Shown: positions 20,843-32,300, counted from the first letter of the stretch. The stretch: DNA of 64,000 nucleotides from an uncultured Gemmatimonadales bacterium (GCA_963816355.1 CAWFKH010000004.1:64001-128000), one strand, 5' to 3'. The notes: generated by a model not told the origin, from the letters alone. A program made the numbers and translations.

Positions 20843-22560
20843 GTACCTCCCTTTCCGCCCGGCGCGTAACTCGCCGGACACCGCGCGAAAGAGGGCTCGG
20901 CGCCCGTTTCCGCGCTTTCGAGGCGCACGATCCGCGCCGCGTCCGGCTCGATTCCGAAGAGCGCCGTCTCTCCGTCCGGCGCGATGCGCACCACGCAGAA
21001 GGCGTTCGGATGCGACGTGAGGATCGGGCCCAGGTACGTCGCGCTCAGCGCGTCGAGGGCGTCGAAGACGACGTAGCGGCTGTGCGTCACGCGCGCCATC
21101 GCGAGCAGCGAGTCCGGCTCCGCCGTCTTCGGGTAGATGCGGCTGGGGTGGCCGCTGAAGTGATAGAACAGCGTCGGCTTGCGCGAGATCACCGCCGCCC
21201 CCGGCGGCAGCGCGCCGCGCGACCACTCGGCCAGGCGGAAGAAGGAGGCGAAGCGCGGCTCCGCGCACGGGTAGCTCGATCCCGCCGTGCCGAGCGCGCT
21301 GCAGTCCATGCCGACGCGGATCAGCGCCACCGTCTGCGGCAGCCCGACCAGGATCAGGGCGGCCGTGCCCGCGACCGCGAGGCCGTTCATGACGCGGCGG
21401 CGGCGCGGCGGCGCGGCGGCGCTCTCGCCGGCCGCGGCAGCGGCGCGGGAGGGCGCGCCCAAGATGCGGCGGGCGGCCGCCGCCAGCGCGAGCGCGGCGT
21501 AGCCGAGGATCGGCGGCAGGGCCGGCAGCAGGAACCGCTCCCCGGACCACACGGCGGGCCACGCGAGCAGCAGCGCGCCGTAGAGGGGCAGGAACAGCTC
21601 CGGCACGCCGGGACGCCGGAGGCGCATCGCCCACCCGACGAGCGCGGCGGCGAGGAGCGCGCTGCAGAGCGCGCTCAGCGGCGGCGTCCTCAGACCGAAG
21701 AGCAGCATCGGCAGGTGCTGGGCGGCGTAGCTGCCGGCGTTCTCGAGGCCGCGCTGGAGGAGGTCTCCGGGTCCGATCGTCCCCTCCGCGGGCGCGTACG
21801 GGTTCACGTAGCGGAACTGCTGAACGTAGTCGATCCCGGAAAGCGAGCGCGCGCGCAGCCACCACGCCGCCGCCGGCACGCCGACCACCGCGGCGGTGAT
21901 CCCCAGGCGCCGCCATTGCCGGCGCAGCGCGAGCCACGCGAGCGCCGCCGCGACGAGCGGCAGGCCCGCGGAGCGGATGAAGTAGGCGAGCAGCGTCGCG
22001 CCGACCGCGACGCCGAAGCGGCGCGAGCCGGACTCCGTCTCGCTCCACGCCCACAGCGCCACGGTGACGAGCGCCCAGAACGGGACGTCCGACAGCACCC
22101 AGTGTGCGAGGTCGATCACGCCCGGCGCCGCTCCCACCACGAGCGAGATGGCGAGCGCGGCGCGCGGCGAGATCCAGCGTCGCAGCCACAGGTACGTGAA
22201 CGCGATCGCCGCCCCCGAGAACGCGACGATGAGCAGCTTGAACGCGACCCACGAGTGGAACCCGAGCAGCTTCATTCCCGCGAGCAGCAGCGGAAAGGCC
22301 GGCGGGTACTGCGTGTGCGGCGGCGTGAGCGGGTCCCACAGATCGACGTAGGCGTGCCGCCGCAGCAGCGCGTCCGCCAGCGCGAGGTACGCGGCGTTGT
22401 CGCCGCCGGGATGCGGCGTCGGGTCGAGCGCGAGCAGCGCGAGCGACACGTGCATCGCCGCGAGCGCAGCGGCGATCACGCCTGGCCGCAATCGCACGGG
22501 CTTCGCGGCCGCGGCCGCCGTACCCGCGGCGGAGGGCCCCGCGCGCGCCTTCGCGCTCAT
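20839..22560 (-). CDS. ArnT/PMT-like (GT-C) membrane glycosyltransferase
   Basis: GDNAAYLALA..YPPAFPLLLA, SDVPF, RFLLP motifs; multiple TM helices. Confidence 0.75.
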
Positions 22561-24167
22561 CGCGGGCGGGAGCCCGCGCGCCGGGCGATCCAGCGCGCCG
22601 CGGCCTGCTGCATCAGCGGCTCACCGCCCCACGCGCACACGACGCGCTCCGCCGCCAGCTCCGCGCCCAGCCGCGGGTGGCCGAAGAGGAGCACCGTCGT
22701 GGCGCGCCGGGAGGCCACGACGCGCTCGATGCGCTCGCGGGCCGCCGCCGAGATCCCCGGCCGCCCCTTCCACGCCCGGATGTCGGCGTACACCGCGATC
22801 ACCGCCGCGCGCTCGCCGTCGGCGTCGTCGCCGACCTCCCGCACCGCGATGCCGAGCGCGCGTAGCGTGCGTCCGAGCGTGTCGCGCGGCGGCGGCGCGA
22901 ACGGGCCGCCGACGTCGTCGTCGATCGTGACGAGATCGAGTTCGCCCACGCCGAGCGCGGTCTCGCCCCGCAGCAGTCGCACCGTGGCGGTCGCGGTCTC
23001 GACCGCCCACGCCCGGTCGGCGGGCCGGCCCCACGGCCGCTCGCCCCCGGCCGCGGCGGGCGCCTCCGCGCCCCCCTCCGCGGCCGCCGTGGCGCGCCAC
23101 TCCGCCCGCGCGACCCGCTCGCACGCGGCCTGCACGCGGCCGACCGCCCCGGCAATGCGCGCGCGCAGCGTCGCCGCGGACGCGTCGCCCCCGGCGTCGG
23201 CGGCGCCCGGCGCAGCGCCGGCCGAGCCATCCCCGCCGGGCCGCCCGCCGCCCGCGCCGGCCGCCTCGCGCAGGCGCGTGGCAAGCAGTTCGACGTCGAC
23301 CGGGTAGAGCAGCGCGTCACACCCCGCCGCCACGGCGCGCAGCGCGACCTCCGCCTCGCCCGCCTCCGCGGCGCCGAGTGCCTCCATGTTCAGCGCGTCG
23401 GTGACCACCAGGCCGTCGAAGCCGAGCCGCTCGCGAAGCAGCCCGGTCAGGATCGCTCGCGAAAGCGTCGCCGGCGTCGCGCCGTCGTCCAGCGCCGGGT
23501 AGGCGACGTGGGCGCTCATGAGCGAGTCGACGCCGGCGTCGATCGCGGCGCGGAAGGGCGCCAGGTCGAGCTCGAGATCCGCCGCCGCGGCCTGGACCAC
23601 CGGCAGCTCGACGTGCGAATCGGCGATGGTGCGGCCGTGGCCGGGGAAGTGCTTCGCGCAGGCGAGCGCGCCGCCCGCGTGGCAGCCGTCCACCCAGGCG
23701 CGCACGTGCGCCGAGACGCGCTCCGGATCGGCGCCGAACGCGCGTGTCCCGACGATCGGGTTGCGCGGCTCGATGTCCAGGTCCGCGACCGGCGCGTAGA
23801 TCCAGTCGACGCCCAGGGAGCGTGCCTCGCGCGCCGTCAGCTCCGCCGCCCGCCGCGTCACCTCGACGTCGCCGAGCGCGCCGAGCGCGGCGAGCGGCGG
23901 CAGCGGCGTCGCGCCGGCGAACTGCTGTCCCGCCCCGCGCTCGAGGTCGGCGCCGAAGAGCAGCGGGCGCCCCGCCCGCCGGCGCAGGTCTTCGATCAGC
24001 GACCGCACCCGCTCCGCCGTGCCGCCGAAGACGATGAAGCCGCCGACGCCGAGCGCGAGCGCGCGTTCGGCTCCGGCGCGGGCGCCGTCGAAGCCCGCCG
24101 CCGCGTCGTGGCGGATGGCGGGAAAGAGCAGTCGGGCGGCGTCCATGGGCATCCGGGTCAGAGGCAT
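22557..24167 (-). CDS. nagZ: GH3 beta-N-acetylhexosaminidase (NagZ-like)
   Basis: KHFPGHGRTIADSH motif, VVTDALNM. Confidence 0.85.
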   Translation of the reverse strand: MPLTRMPMDAARLLFPAIRHDAAAGFDGARAGAERALALGVGGFIVFGGTAERVRSLIEDLRRRAGRPLLFGADLERGAGQQFAGATPLPPLAALGALGDVEVTRRAAELTAREARSLGVDWIYAPVADLDIEPRNPIVGTRAFGADPERVSAHVRAWVDGCHAGGALACAKHFPGHGRTIADSHVELPVVQAAAADLELDLAPFRAAIDAGVDSLMSAHVAYPALDDGATPATLSRAILTGLLRERLGFDGLVVTDALNMEALGAAEAGEAEVALRAVAAGCDALLYPVDVELLATRLREAAGAGGGRPGGDGSAGAAPGAADAGGDASAATLRARIAGAVGRVQAACERVARAEWRATAAAEGGAEAPAAAGGERPWGRPADRAWAVETATATVRLLRGETALGVGELDLVTIDDDVGGPFAPPPRDTLGRTLRALGIAVREVGDDADGERAAVIAVYADIRAWKGRPGISAAARERIERVVASRRATTVLLFGHPRLGAELAAERVVCAWGGEPLMQQAAARWIARRAGSRPR

Positions 24168-24171
24168 GTGG

Positions 24172-25362
24172 TCACGAGTCGGAAGAGGTTGCGCCGGCGC
24201 GCGCGGCCGCGCCCGGAGTGTAGGACCCGAGCACGCGCGGGCCGCGGGCGCCGGTCGCCTCCGGCACGTTGCCGGGCAGAGCGCGCAGGTGCGCCCACGC
24301 GAGAGCCGCGAAAGCGACCGCCTCCTTCGCGTCCGGGTCCAGGCCGATCGCCCGCGCGTCCACGACGCGCAGCTCCGGCAGCAGCGCCGCGATCCCTTCC
24401 GCGATCGCCGGGTTGTGGGCGCCGCCGCCGGTGAGCACCAGCTCCGTCGCTCCGCGCGGGAGCACCCACCGCCGCACGGCGTCCGCGATGGTCCGCGCGG
24501 TGAGCGCGGTCAGCGTCGCGACGACGTCGTCCCAGCCGGCCTCGGTGGCGACGCCGCGCTCCGCCGCGAGCGCCGCGACGAACGGCCGGCCGAACGTCTC
24601 GCGCCCGGTCGACTTCGGCGGCTCCCGCGCGAAGAAGGGGTGCGCCAGCAGCGCCTCCAGCAGCGCGTCGTCGACGCGACCGCGGCGGGCACGCGCGCCG
24701 TCGCGGTCGAAGCGCTGGCGGCCGCCGCTCGCGAGCTCGACGGCGGCGTCGATCAACGCGTTGCCCGGCCCCGTGTCGAAGGCGAGCGGGGGCGCGTCGT
24801 CGCCGCGCGCCGCGAGCCAGGTCAGGTTCGCCATGCCCCCGATGTTCTGCAGCACGCGCGCGCGATCCGCGCCGAAGAGGAGGCGGTCCACGAACGGCAC
24901 CAGCGGCGCGCCCTCGCCGCCGGCGGCCGTGTCGCGTGCGCGGAAGTCGCTCACGACGGCGATCCCGGTGCGCTCGGCGATCGTCGCCGCGCAGCCGAGC
25001 TGCAGCGACGCCGCCCGCCGCCCCGCCTCGCGCGGGATGTGCCAGATCGTCTGGCCGTGGGAGCCGACGACGTCGACGTCCGCCGGCTCGACGCCACCGG
25101 CGCGGCACGCGGCCAGCGCGGCCTCCGCAAGCCACTCCCCGAGATCCACGTGGAGGCGGCAGAGGGTCGCAGCGCCGCCCTCGAGGATGGCGGCGTGGAT
25201 GCGCTCGCGGCGGCCGTCGTCGTACGGCCGCGTGACGAACGCGCGCAGCCGCCACGACGGCGCCGCGTCGCCGCCGGAGAAGTCCACCAGCGCGGCGTCG
25301 ATGCCGTCCAGCGAGGTGCCGGACATGAGGCCGATCGCGCGGACCGTCGGGGGGCCGCTCAA
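24172..25362 (-). CDS. anmK: Anhydro-N-acetylmuramic acid kinase
   Basis: IGLMSGTSLDGID, GSHGQT, AAGGEGAPLVP, FDTGPGN, PKSTGRE, KEAVAFA. Confidence 0.95.
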   Translation of the reverse strand: MSGPPTVRAIGLMSGTSLDGIDAALVDFSGGDAAPSWRLRAFVTRPYDDGRRERIHAAILEGGAATLCRLHVDLGEWLAEAALAACRAGGVEPADVDVVGSHGQTIWHIPREAGRRAASLQLGCAATIAERTGIAVVSDFRARDTAAGGEGAPLVPFVDRLLFGADRARVLQNIGGMANLTWLAARGDDAPPLAFDTGPGNALIDAAVELASGGRQRFDRDGARARRGRVDDALLEALLAHPFFAREPPKSTGRETFGRPFVAALAAERGVATEAGWDDVVATLTALTARTIADAVRRWVLPRGATELVLTGGGAHNPAIAEGIAALLPELRVVDARAIGLDPDAKEAVAFAALAWAHLRALPGNVPEATGARGPRVLGSYTPGAAARAGATSSDS

Positions 25363-26318
25363 GGCGCCTTCTCCAGCACGCGCGCGACCACCCCGTCCGC
25401 GTCCGCGAGCCGGCGCCGCGCCTCGTCCGCGCTCACGCCCAGGCGCCCCATCACGATGCCGCTCTTCACGTGGCCGCCCGCCTCGCTCAGGAGCGCCGCG
25501 GCGGCGGCGCGCTCGAGCCCGAGCGTCTCCATCAGGATCCGCTCGCCGCGCTCGCGCAGCTTCTCGCCCGTCACCTGCAGGTCCACCATCAGGTTGCCGA
25601 ACACCTTGCCGCGGCGCACCATCGCGGCGGTCGTGATCGCGTTCAGCACCATCTTCGTCGCGGTGCCCGCCTTCATCCGCGTCGAGCCCGTGACCACCTC
25701 GGGCCCCACGAGCGGCGCGATCACGACGTCGTGCGTGCGGGCCAGCTCCGGCGGCGGGTAGGTGCAGAGGAGGAAGCCGGTGCGCCCCCCCAGCTCGCGC
25801 GCGCGCCGCAGCGCGCCGTGCACGAACGGCGTCGTGCCGGACGTCGCCACGCCCAGCACGAAATCCTCCGGCCCCACGCCATGGCCGTCCATCGCCGCCG
25901 CTCCGCCCGCGGCCGAGTCCTCCGCCCCCTCCTGCGCGCGCACCAGCGCCTCCGGGCCGCCCGCGATCACGCCCACCACGAGCGACGGATCGGTGCCGAA
26001 CGTCGGTGGCATCTCGGCCGCGTCGAGCACGCCCAGCCGCCCCGACGTCCCCGCCCCGACGTACAGCAGCCGACCGCCGCGCGCGAAGCTCTCGACCACC
26101 AGCTCGACGCAGCGTGCGATCGCCTCCCGCTCCGCGTGCACAGCGGCGGCGACCGTCGCGTCCTCGGCGTTGATCAGATCGACGATCTCGAGCGTCGTGA
26201 GCTCGTCGATGCGAGCGCTTCGCGGGTTGCGCTGCTCGGTGAGCCGTGGGTCGCCGCCGCGCGCCGCGCGGCCGGGTTGCGCCGGCATGAGGGTCGGCCT
26301 TGCCTGCCCTTGGGTCAT
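25359..26318 (-). CDS. murQ: N-acetylmuramic acid 6-phosphate etherase
   Basis: TEQRNP, GAGTSGRLGVLDAAE, GPEVVTGSTRMKAGTA, GNLMVD. Confidence 0.95.
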   Translation of the reverse strand: MTQGQARPTLMPAQPGRAARGGDPRLTEQRNPRSARIDELTTLEIVDLINAEDATVAAAVHAEREAIARCVELVVESFARGGRLLYVGAGTSGRLGVLDAAEMPPTFGTDPSLVVGVIAGGPEALVRAQEGAEDSAAGGAAAMDGHGVGPEDFVLGVATSGTTPFVHGALRRARELGGRTGFLLCTYPPPELARTHDVVIAPLVGPEVVTGSTRMKAGTATKMVLNAITTAAMVRRGKVFGNLMVDLQVTGEKLRERGERILMETLGLERAAAAALLSEAGGHVKSGIVMGRLGVSADEARRRLADADGVVARVLEKAP

Positions 26319-26379
26319 CGGTAAATTGCGGGGCGCAAGATACTTATGCACACTCGTCCCGGGCAACGCCGGAGCCGCG

Positions 26380-27564
26380 ATGACCCCGCTGCTGCAACGC
26401 GCGCAGGCGATCGAAGCCGACCTCGTCGAGATCCGCCGCGACCTGCACCGACACCCCGAGCTCTCCTTCCGCGAGACGCGCACCGCCGCAGCCGCCGCGG
26501 ACCGCGTCGAGGCCCTCGGCTTCCACGTTCGCCGCGACGTCGGCCGCACCGGCGTCGTCGCCGACCTCGCCAACGGCGCCGGCCCCACCATCGCGCTGCG
26601 CGCCGACATGGACGCGCTGCCGATCCAGGAGGCCAACGACGTCGACTACCGCTCCACGGTCGCCGGCGTCATGCACGCCTGCGGCCACGACGCACACGTC
26701 AGCATGCTCGTCGGCGCCGCCCGCCTGCTCGCCGACGCGAAGCGCGCGGGCGATCTGCCCGCCGGCGCCGTGCGCCTCCTCTTCCAGCCCTCCGAGGAGG
26801 CGAGCGACGAGGAGAACCTCAGCGGCGCCGCGCGCATGATCGCCGATGGCGCGATGCGCGGCGTCGACGCGGTCTTCGGCCTCCACATCGGCGCCCACCT
26901 GCCCGCCGGCAAGCTCTACCTCCTGCCCGGGCCCATGATGGCCGGCACCGACACGATCATCGGCGAGGTGCGCGGCCGCAGCTCCCACGCCGCGCGCCCC
27001 GAGGAAGGGATCGACGCCGTCGTCCTCGCCGCCCACGTCGTGCTCGCCTGCCAGAACGGCGTCGCGCGCCGCATCTCGCCCGTCGACCAGGGCGTCGTCA
27101 CGATCGGCCGCATCGAGGGCGGCGTCGCCGAGAACGTGCTCGCCGAACGCGTCTGCCTGCGCGGCACGATCCGCTACTTCGACGTGCGCGTGCGCGAGCG
27201 CCTGCAGGAGGCGGTGCGCGGCGCCTTCGCGGTCGCCGACGCGCTGGGCGGCCACGGCGCCCTGGAGATCCGGCCCGGCTACCCGCCCGTCATCAACGAC
27301 GACGCCATGACCGCGCTCGCGCGCGAAGCGACGACCGCCGCGCTCGGCGCCGAGCGCGTCGACCGCGCCGAGCCGATGCTCGGCGGCGAGGACTTCGCGA
27401 TCCTGCTCGGCGAGGCGCCCGGCTCCTTCTTCTGGCTGGGCGGCGCGCTCGAGCCACCGCGCGAGCACCATCACCCGCGCTTCGACATCGACGAGCGCGT
27501 GCTGCCGCTCGGCGCCGCCGCGCTCGCCGCGTGCGCCACGCGCGCGCTCGAGACCGTGCGATGA
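26380..27564 (+). CDS. M20 family amidohydrolase
   Basis: HPELSF, LRADMDALP, MHACGHDAH, FQPSEE, GEDF, HHPRFD. Confidence 0.92.
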   Translation: MTPLLQRAQAIEADLVEIRRDLHRHPELSFRETRTAAAAADRVEALGFHVRRDVGRTGVVADLANGAGPTIALRADMDALPIQEANDVDYRSTVAGVMHACGHDAHVSMLVGAARLLADAKRAGDLPAGAVRLLFQPSEEASDEENLSGAARMIADGAMRGVDAVFGLHIGAHLPAGKLYLLPGPMMAGTDTIIGEVRGRSSHAARPEEGIDAVVLAAHVVLACQNGVARRISPVDQGVVTIGRIEGGVAENVLAERVCLRGTIRYFDVRVRERLQEAVRGAFAVADALGGHGALEIRPGYPPVINDDAMTALAREATTAALGAERVDRAEPMLGGEDFAILLGEAPGSFFWLGGALEPPREHHHPRFDIDERVLPLGAAALAACATRALETVR

Positions 27565-29411
27565 GGCGGCTCCCCGCACGGCGCCGGCGGGCGACGGCGC
27601 GCGCCCCGGGATCCGCCGCCGCTCCGCGCCGCCGCTCCGCCGCGGCCGCCCTCGCGCCGCTGCTGCTCGTACCGCTGCTGCTCGCGCCGCTGCTCTCCCT
27701 CGCCGGCTGCACCTCGCCGCCCGCGCCGGCTCCCACGCCGACGGCGCCCGGCGACGCGATCCCGCCCGCGTGGCGGTTCCCCGTCGCGGCGGCGCACCCC
27801 ACCACCGCGGAGCACGGCATGGTCGTCACGGATGCGCCGCTCGCGAGCGACGTGGGCGCGCGCGTGCTGGCGGAAGGGGGCAACGCGGTGGATGCGGCGG
27901 TGGCGACGGCGTTCGCGCTCGCCGTCGTCTATCCGGAGGCGGGCAACATCGGCGGCGGCGGCTTCATGGTGGTGCGCCTCGCCGACGGCACGACGGCGTC
28001 GCTCGACTTCCGCGAGAAGGCGCCGCTCGCGGCGACCCGCGACATGTACATCGGTCCGGACGGCCGGGCCACGGACGCGTCGCTGATCGGCTACCGCGCC
28101 TCCGGCGTGCCGGGCAGCGTGATGGGTCTGTGGGAGGCGCACCGGCGCTTCGGCAGCGTGCCGTGGAAAACGCTGCTGCAGCCCGCGATCCGGCTGGCGG
28201 AGGAGGGGTTCACCGTCAGCGCGGATTTCGCCGGCGCCATCCGCGCCGACGCCGCCCGCCTGCGCCGCTTCCCCGCCTCCGCCGCGCTCTTCCTCCCCGG
28301 CGGCGAGCCGCCTGCCGTCGGCTCTACGTGGCGCGATGCGGACCTCGCGGCGACGCTGCGCCGCATCGCCGCGAGTGGACCCGCCGGCTTCTACGACGGC
28401 GAGACGGCGGAGCGGATCGTGGCGGAGATGCGGCGCGGCGGCGGCCTGATCACGCGCGAGGACCTGCGCCGCTACCGCGCGGTGTGGCGCGAGCCGATTC
28501 GCTTCCGCTACCGCGGCAACGAGATCGTTTCGATGCCGCCGCCGTCGTCGGGCGGGATCACGATGGCGGAAGTGCTGAACATGCTCGAAGGGTGGAACCT
28601 CGACTCGCTCGGCTGGCACTCGCCCGCGCACCTGCACCTGCTCGCCGAGACGATGCGCCGCGCCTTCGCCGACCGCAACTCCTACCTCGGCGATCCGGAT
28701 TTCGTCGACTTCCCGCAGGCGCGCCTCGTCTCGAAGGCGTACGCGCGCGAGCGCGTCGCGGACATCCGGCCGGACCGCGCCACCCGCTCCGCCGACGTCG
28801 CCCCCGGCCTCGGTCCCGTCGCCGAGCCGAGCCACACCACCCACTTCTCCGTCGTCGACGCCGCGGGCGACGCCGTCGCGACGACGACGACCCTCAACGC
28901 ACTCTTCGGCTCCGGCGTCAGCGTCGCCGGCGCCGGCTTCGCGCTCAACGACGAGATGGACGACTTCGCCGCGAAGCCCGGCACACCCAACATGTTCGGC
29001 CTCGTGCAGGGCGAGCAGAACGCGATCGCACCCGGCAAACGGATGCTCTCCGCCATGGCCCCGACGATCGTCGTCGCGCCGGACGGCCACGTGCGCCTCG
29101 TCACGGGCGCACGCGGCGGCCCGCGCATCATCACCGGCACGCTGCAGGTGATCTCCAACGTGCTCGACTTCGGCATGGACGTCGGCGCGGCCGTGGACGC
29201 GCCCCGCGTGCACCACCAGCACCTGCCCGACACGCTCTACTACGAAGCGAACGGCCTAACGCCCGCGCAGATCAAGGCGCTGGAGGCGATGGGCCATCAC
29301 GTCGCGCCGTTCCACGGCTACATCGGCAACGCCCCCTCGATCCTCTGGGCCGACGGGAAATGGACCGGGATCCCCGACCCGCGACAGGGCGGATCCGCCG
29401 CCGCCCATTGA
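27561..29411 (+). CDS. ggt: Gamma-glutamyltransferase
   Basis: GGNAVDAAVA, DFREKAP, HTTHFSVVD nucleophile, NDEMDDF; lipobox LAGC. Confidence 0.95.
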   Translation: MRRLPARRRRATARAPGSAAAPRRRSAAAALAPLLLVPLLLAPLLSLAGCTSPPAPAPTPTAPGDAIPPAWRFPVAAAHPTTAEHGMVVTDAPLASDVGARVLAEGGNAVDAAVATAFALAVVYPEAGNIGGGGFMVVRLADGTTASLDFREKAPLAATRDMYIGPDGRATDASLIGYRASGVPGSVMGLWEAHRRFGSVPWKTLLQPAIRLAEEGFTVSADFAGAIRADAARLRRFPASAALFLPGGEPPAVGSTWRDADLAATLRRIAASGPAGFYDGETAERIVAEMRRGGGLITREDLRRYRAVWREPIRFRYRGNEIVSMPPPSSGGITMAEVLNMLEGWNLDSLGWHSPAHLHLLAETMRRAFADRNSYLGDPDFVDFPQARLVSKAYARERVADIRPDRATRSADVAPGLGPVAEPSHTTHFSVVDAAGDAVATTTTLNALFGSGVSVAGAGFALNDEMDDFAAKPGTPNMFGLVQGEQNAIAPGKRMLSAMAPTIVVAPDGHVRLVTGARGGPRIITGTLQVISNVLDFGMDVGAAVDAPRVHHQHLPDTLYYEANGLTPAQIKALEAMGHHVAPFHGYIGNAPSILWADGKWTGIPDPRQGGSAAAH

Positions 29412-29430
29412 TCCCCACACCCCGGACCCG

Positions 29431-30300
29431 CTACCGGCTCGCCCTCACCTGCACCGGCTCGTCCAGACGGATCACCAGCCGCGACCCCGCCGGCAGCACC
29501 GCGTCCACGTCCGCCGTCCCCATCGCGATCGCCGTACCCGCCGCCGCGCCGATGGCCGCGCCCTTCAGCGTCGACGACGTGCTCTTCCCCAGCACCTTGC
29601 CCAGGATCGCGCCCGCGGCCGCGCCCGCGGCCACCTTCGCCGCCGACTCGCCTACCGACGTCCGGTTGCTCCGCTGCGGGTTCGCCTCCAGCACCGACGC
29701 CTGCATCGGGTAGGTGTGCCCGCCCCACTCGATCGACTGGAACGCCAGCTTGATCACCGCCGTCTCACCCACCCGGCCCGACTTCTGGACCCCCGTCACC
29801 GTGCCGTTCACCGTCGCGCCGGCCGGCACCAGCACCGTCCCGTCCGCGTCCATGATCGGCTCCGCCAGGCGCGCCGTGAACGGGTCGCCCGCGTGATTCG
29901 TCTCCGTCGACAGCGTCTCGTTCAGACGCAACGCGACCGACGTCCCCGCCGGCACCGAGCGCGTCACCACCCGCGGCTGCGGCGCCGGCTGCGGCGCCGG
30001 CTCCTGCGGCCTCGGCGTCGGAGACGGCTGCGTCGTCCGCGGCCGCGTCGTGCGCGGCCGGCTGCTCGGCTGCGGCGCGGGCGTGGTGGCCGGCGCAGCG
30101 TTCGGCTGCGCCGCGACGGCGGTGTCCTCGAAAGTGGCCGATGTGCTGTCCTGCCCCAGGGCCAGGTCCAGCTCGCGCCCGAGCTCCTCCTGCTGCAGCG
30201 CGTCCCGGTCCTGCCCCTTGTCGCCTCCACACGCGAGCGGCGCGAGCGCGAACGGGACGAACGCGACGAGCGTGGCGATCTGCTTGAATCTGGCCATCAT
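29431..30300 (-). CDS. Lipoprotein with Pro-rich linker and glycine-zipper domain
   Basis: PLACG lipobox; VPAGT...GDPFTA; GAAAGAILG/GAAIGAAAG. Confidence 0.8.
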   Translation of the reverse strand: MMARFKQIATLVAFVPFALAPLACGGDKGQDRDALQQEELGRELDLALGQDSTSATFEDTAVAAQPNAAPATTPAPQPSSRPRTTRPRTTQPSPTPRPQEPAPQPAPQPRVVTRSVPAGTSVALRLNETLSTETNHAGDPFTARLAEPIMDADGTVLVPAGATVNGTVTGVQKSGRVGETAVIKLAFQSIEWGGHTYPMQASVLEANPQRSNRTSVGESAAKVAAGAAAGAILGKVLGKSTSSTLKGAAIGAAAGTAIAMGTADVDAVLPAGSRLVIRLDEPVQVRASR

Positions 30301-30442
30301 TGCCTCCTCGAGCGGTGGCACTTTCTTGAAAGCGCTGCGAGGCGTCGGTACCTTTGGATGATCTGTGACGTTTCCGACGCTCCGGGAGGCTCAGGAGAGC
30401 AACGCGTGTGCCATCCCGGAGCGCGCATCTTTCGGTGGCACG

Positions 30443-32269
30443 ATGCACGAGCTACGCGGGGCCTGGCCGTTCGTGAGGCCGTACCGCCGGGGGTACGCCC
30501 TCGGGCTGCTCCTGGTCGTCGTCGCGAACGGCTTCTCGATCGTCACGCCCGGCCTGCTGGGACGCGGGATCGACGCCCTCGGGAGCGCGGGCACCAGCGA
30601 GCGCACGGTCCTCTTCTACGCCGGCCTCGTCGTGGGCGCCGCGCTGCTCGGCGGCGCCGGCCGCTTCGGCATGCGGCAGCTCCTGAACGGCTACAGCCGC
30701 CGCGTCGAGAACGACCTTCGCGATACTTTTTTCGCACATCTGCTCCATCTCGATGCCGCCTTCTACGGCCGCTGGCGCACGGGCGACATCATGAGCCGCG
30801 CGACGAACGACACGCAGGCGGTGCGACAGGCGGTGGGGCCGGGAGTCATGTACCTGGTCAACACCGTGGTGACGACGGCGCTGGCGCTCGTGCTGATGCT
30901 GCGGATCAGCCCCGCGCTGACGGGGCTCGCGCTGATCCCGATGGTGGGGCTGCCGCCGCTCGCGCTCGTCTTCGGCCGCATGATCCACGTCCGCTTCGAG
31001 CGCATCCAGGAGAAGTTCGGCGAGCTGTCGACGTTCGTGCAGGAGAACCTGTCGGGCGTGCGCATCGTGCGCGCGTACGTCGAGGAGGACTCGCAGGCGC
31101 GCCAGTTCGAGGGCATCAACGAGGACTACCTCGAGCGGAACATGGCGCTGGCGCGCACGTCCGGCGCCTTCCACCCCCTGCTCATGCTCCTGACCGGGCT
31201 CGGCATGGTCGTCGTGCTGTGGGTGGGCGGCCGCGAGGTGATCGCGCGCCGCATCACGATCGGCAACTTCGTCGCGTTCGGCTTCTACCTGACGATGCTG
31301 ACGTGGCCGATGATCGCGCTCGGCTGGGTGATCAACCTCTTCCAGCGCGGCGCGGCCTCGATGGGCCGCATCAACCGCGTGCTTCGTACGCGGCCGGAGG
31401 TCGTCGCGCCGCCGCCCGACCGCGCGCACGCGCCGGAGCGCGTCGCGGGCGCGATCGAGTTCCGTGACGTCTGGTTCCACTATCCCGACAGCGAGCGCGC
31501 CGTGCTGCGGGGGCTGAGCTTCCGCATCGAAGCGGGCGCGACCGTCGCGCTGGTGGGGCCCACCGGCTCCGGCAAGTCGACGATCGTCGCGCTCCTCGGC
31601 CGCCTCTACGACCCCACCTCCGGCGAAGTGCGCGTCGACGACGTGCCGCTGCCGGAGTGGGACCTCGTCCGCCTTCGCGCCGCCATCGGCGCGGCGCCGC
31701 AGGAGAGCTTCCTCTTCTCCGCCACGATCGCCGAGAACATCGCGCTCGGCACCACCTCCACCGATGTCACGTCGGACGCCGACGGCGCCGAACTCGAGGC
31801 CCGCATCACGCAGGCCGCCGGCGTCGCCCAGCTCGCCGAGACGATCGCCGGCTTCCCGCGCGGCTTCGAGACCCGCCTCGGCGAGCGCGGCATCAACCTC
31901 TCCGGCGGTCAGCGCCAGCGCGCCACGCTCGCGCGCGCCCTCGTCCGCGACCCGCGAATCCTCGTCCTCGACGACGCCCTGAGCGCCGTCGACACCCACA
32001 CCGAGACCGCGATCCTGCACGGCCTGCGACGCGTGCTGCGCGGCCGCACGTCGCTCATCGTCAGCCATCGCGTCACCGCCGTCATGGAGGCGGACCGCAT
32101 CCTCGTCCTCGACGACGGCCGCATCGTCGAGGAGGGCACCCACGCCGAGCTGATCGCGCGCGACGGCCTCTACGCCGCGCTGCTCCGCCGCCAGCTCCTC
32201 AGCGAGGGCCTCGACGAGGACGACGAGGTGCCTGGCTCCTCCCTCGCCGGCGCCGGAGCCGGCGGCTGA
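30443..32269 (+). CDS. ABC exporter, fused permease/ATPase (MdlA-like)
   Basis: GPTGSGKST, LSGGQRQR, ILVLDDALSAVD; N-terminal TM domain. Confidence 0.93.
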   Translation: MHELRGAWPFVRPYRRGYALGLLLVVVANGFSIVTPGLLGRGIDALGSAGTSERTVLFYAGLVVGAALLGGAGRFGMRQLLNGYSRRVENDLRDTFFAHLLHLDAAFYGRWRTGDIMSRATNDTQAVRQAVGPGVMYLVNTVVTTALALVLMLRISPALTGLALIPMVGLPPLALVFGRMIHVRFERIQEKFGELSTFVQENLSGVRIVRAYVEEDSQARQFEGINEDYLERNMALARTSGAFHPLLMLLTGLGMVVVLWVGGREVIARRITIGNFVAFGFYLTMLTWPMIALGWVINLFQRGAASMGRINRVLRTRPEVVAPPPDRAHAPERVAGAIEFRDVWFHYPDSERAVLRGLSFRIEAGATVALVGPTGSGKSTIVALLGRLYDPTSGEVRVDDVPLPEWDLVRLRAAIGAAPQESFLFSATIAENIALGTTSTDVTSDADGAELEARITQAAGVAQLAETIAGFPRGFETRLGERGINLSGGQRQRATLARALVRDPRILVLDDALSAVDTHTETAILHGLRRVLRGRTSLIVSHRVTAVMEADRILVLDDGRIVEEGTHAELIARDGLYAALLRRQLLSEGLDEDDEVPGSSLAGAGAGG

Positions 32270-32300
32270 GCCGCCGACGCCACTCCGCGTGAAAACACCG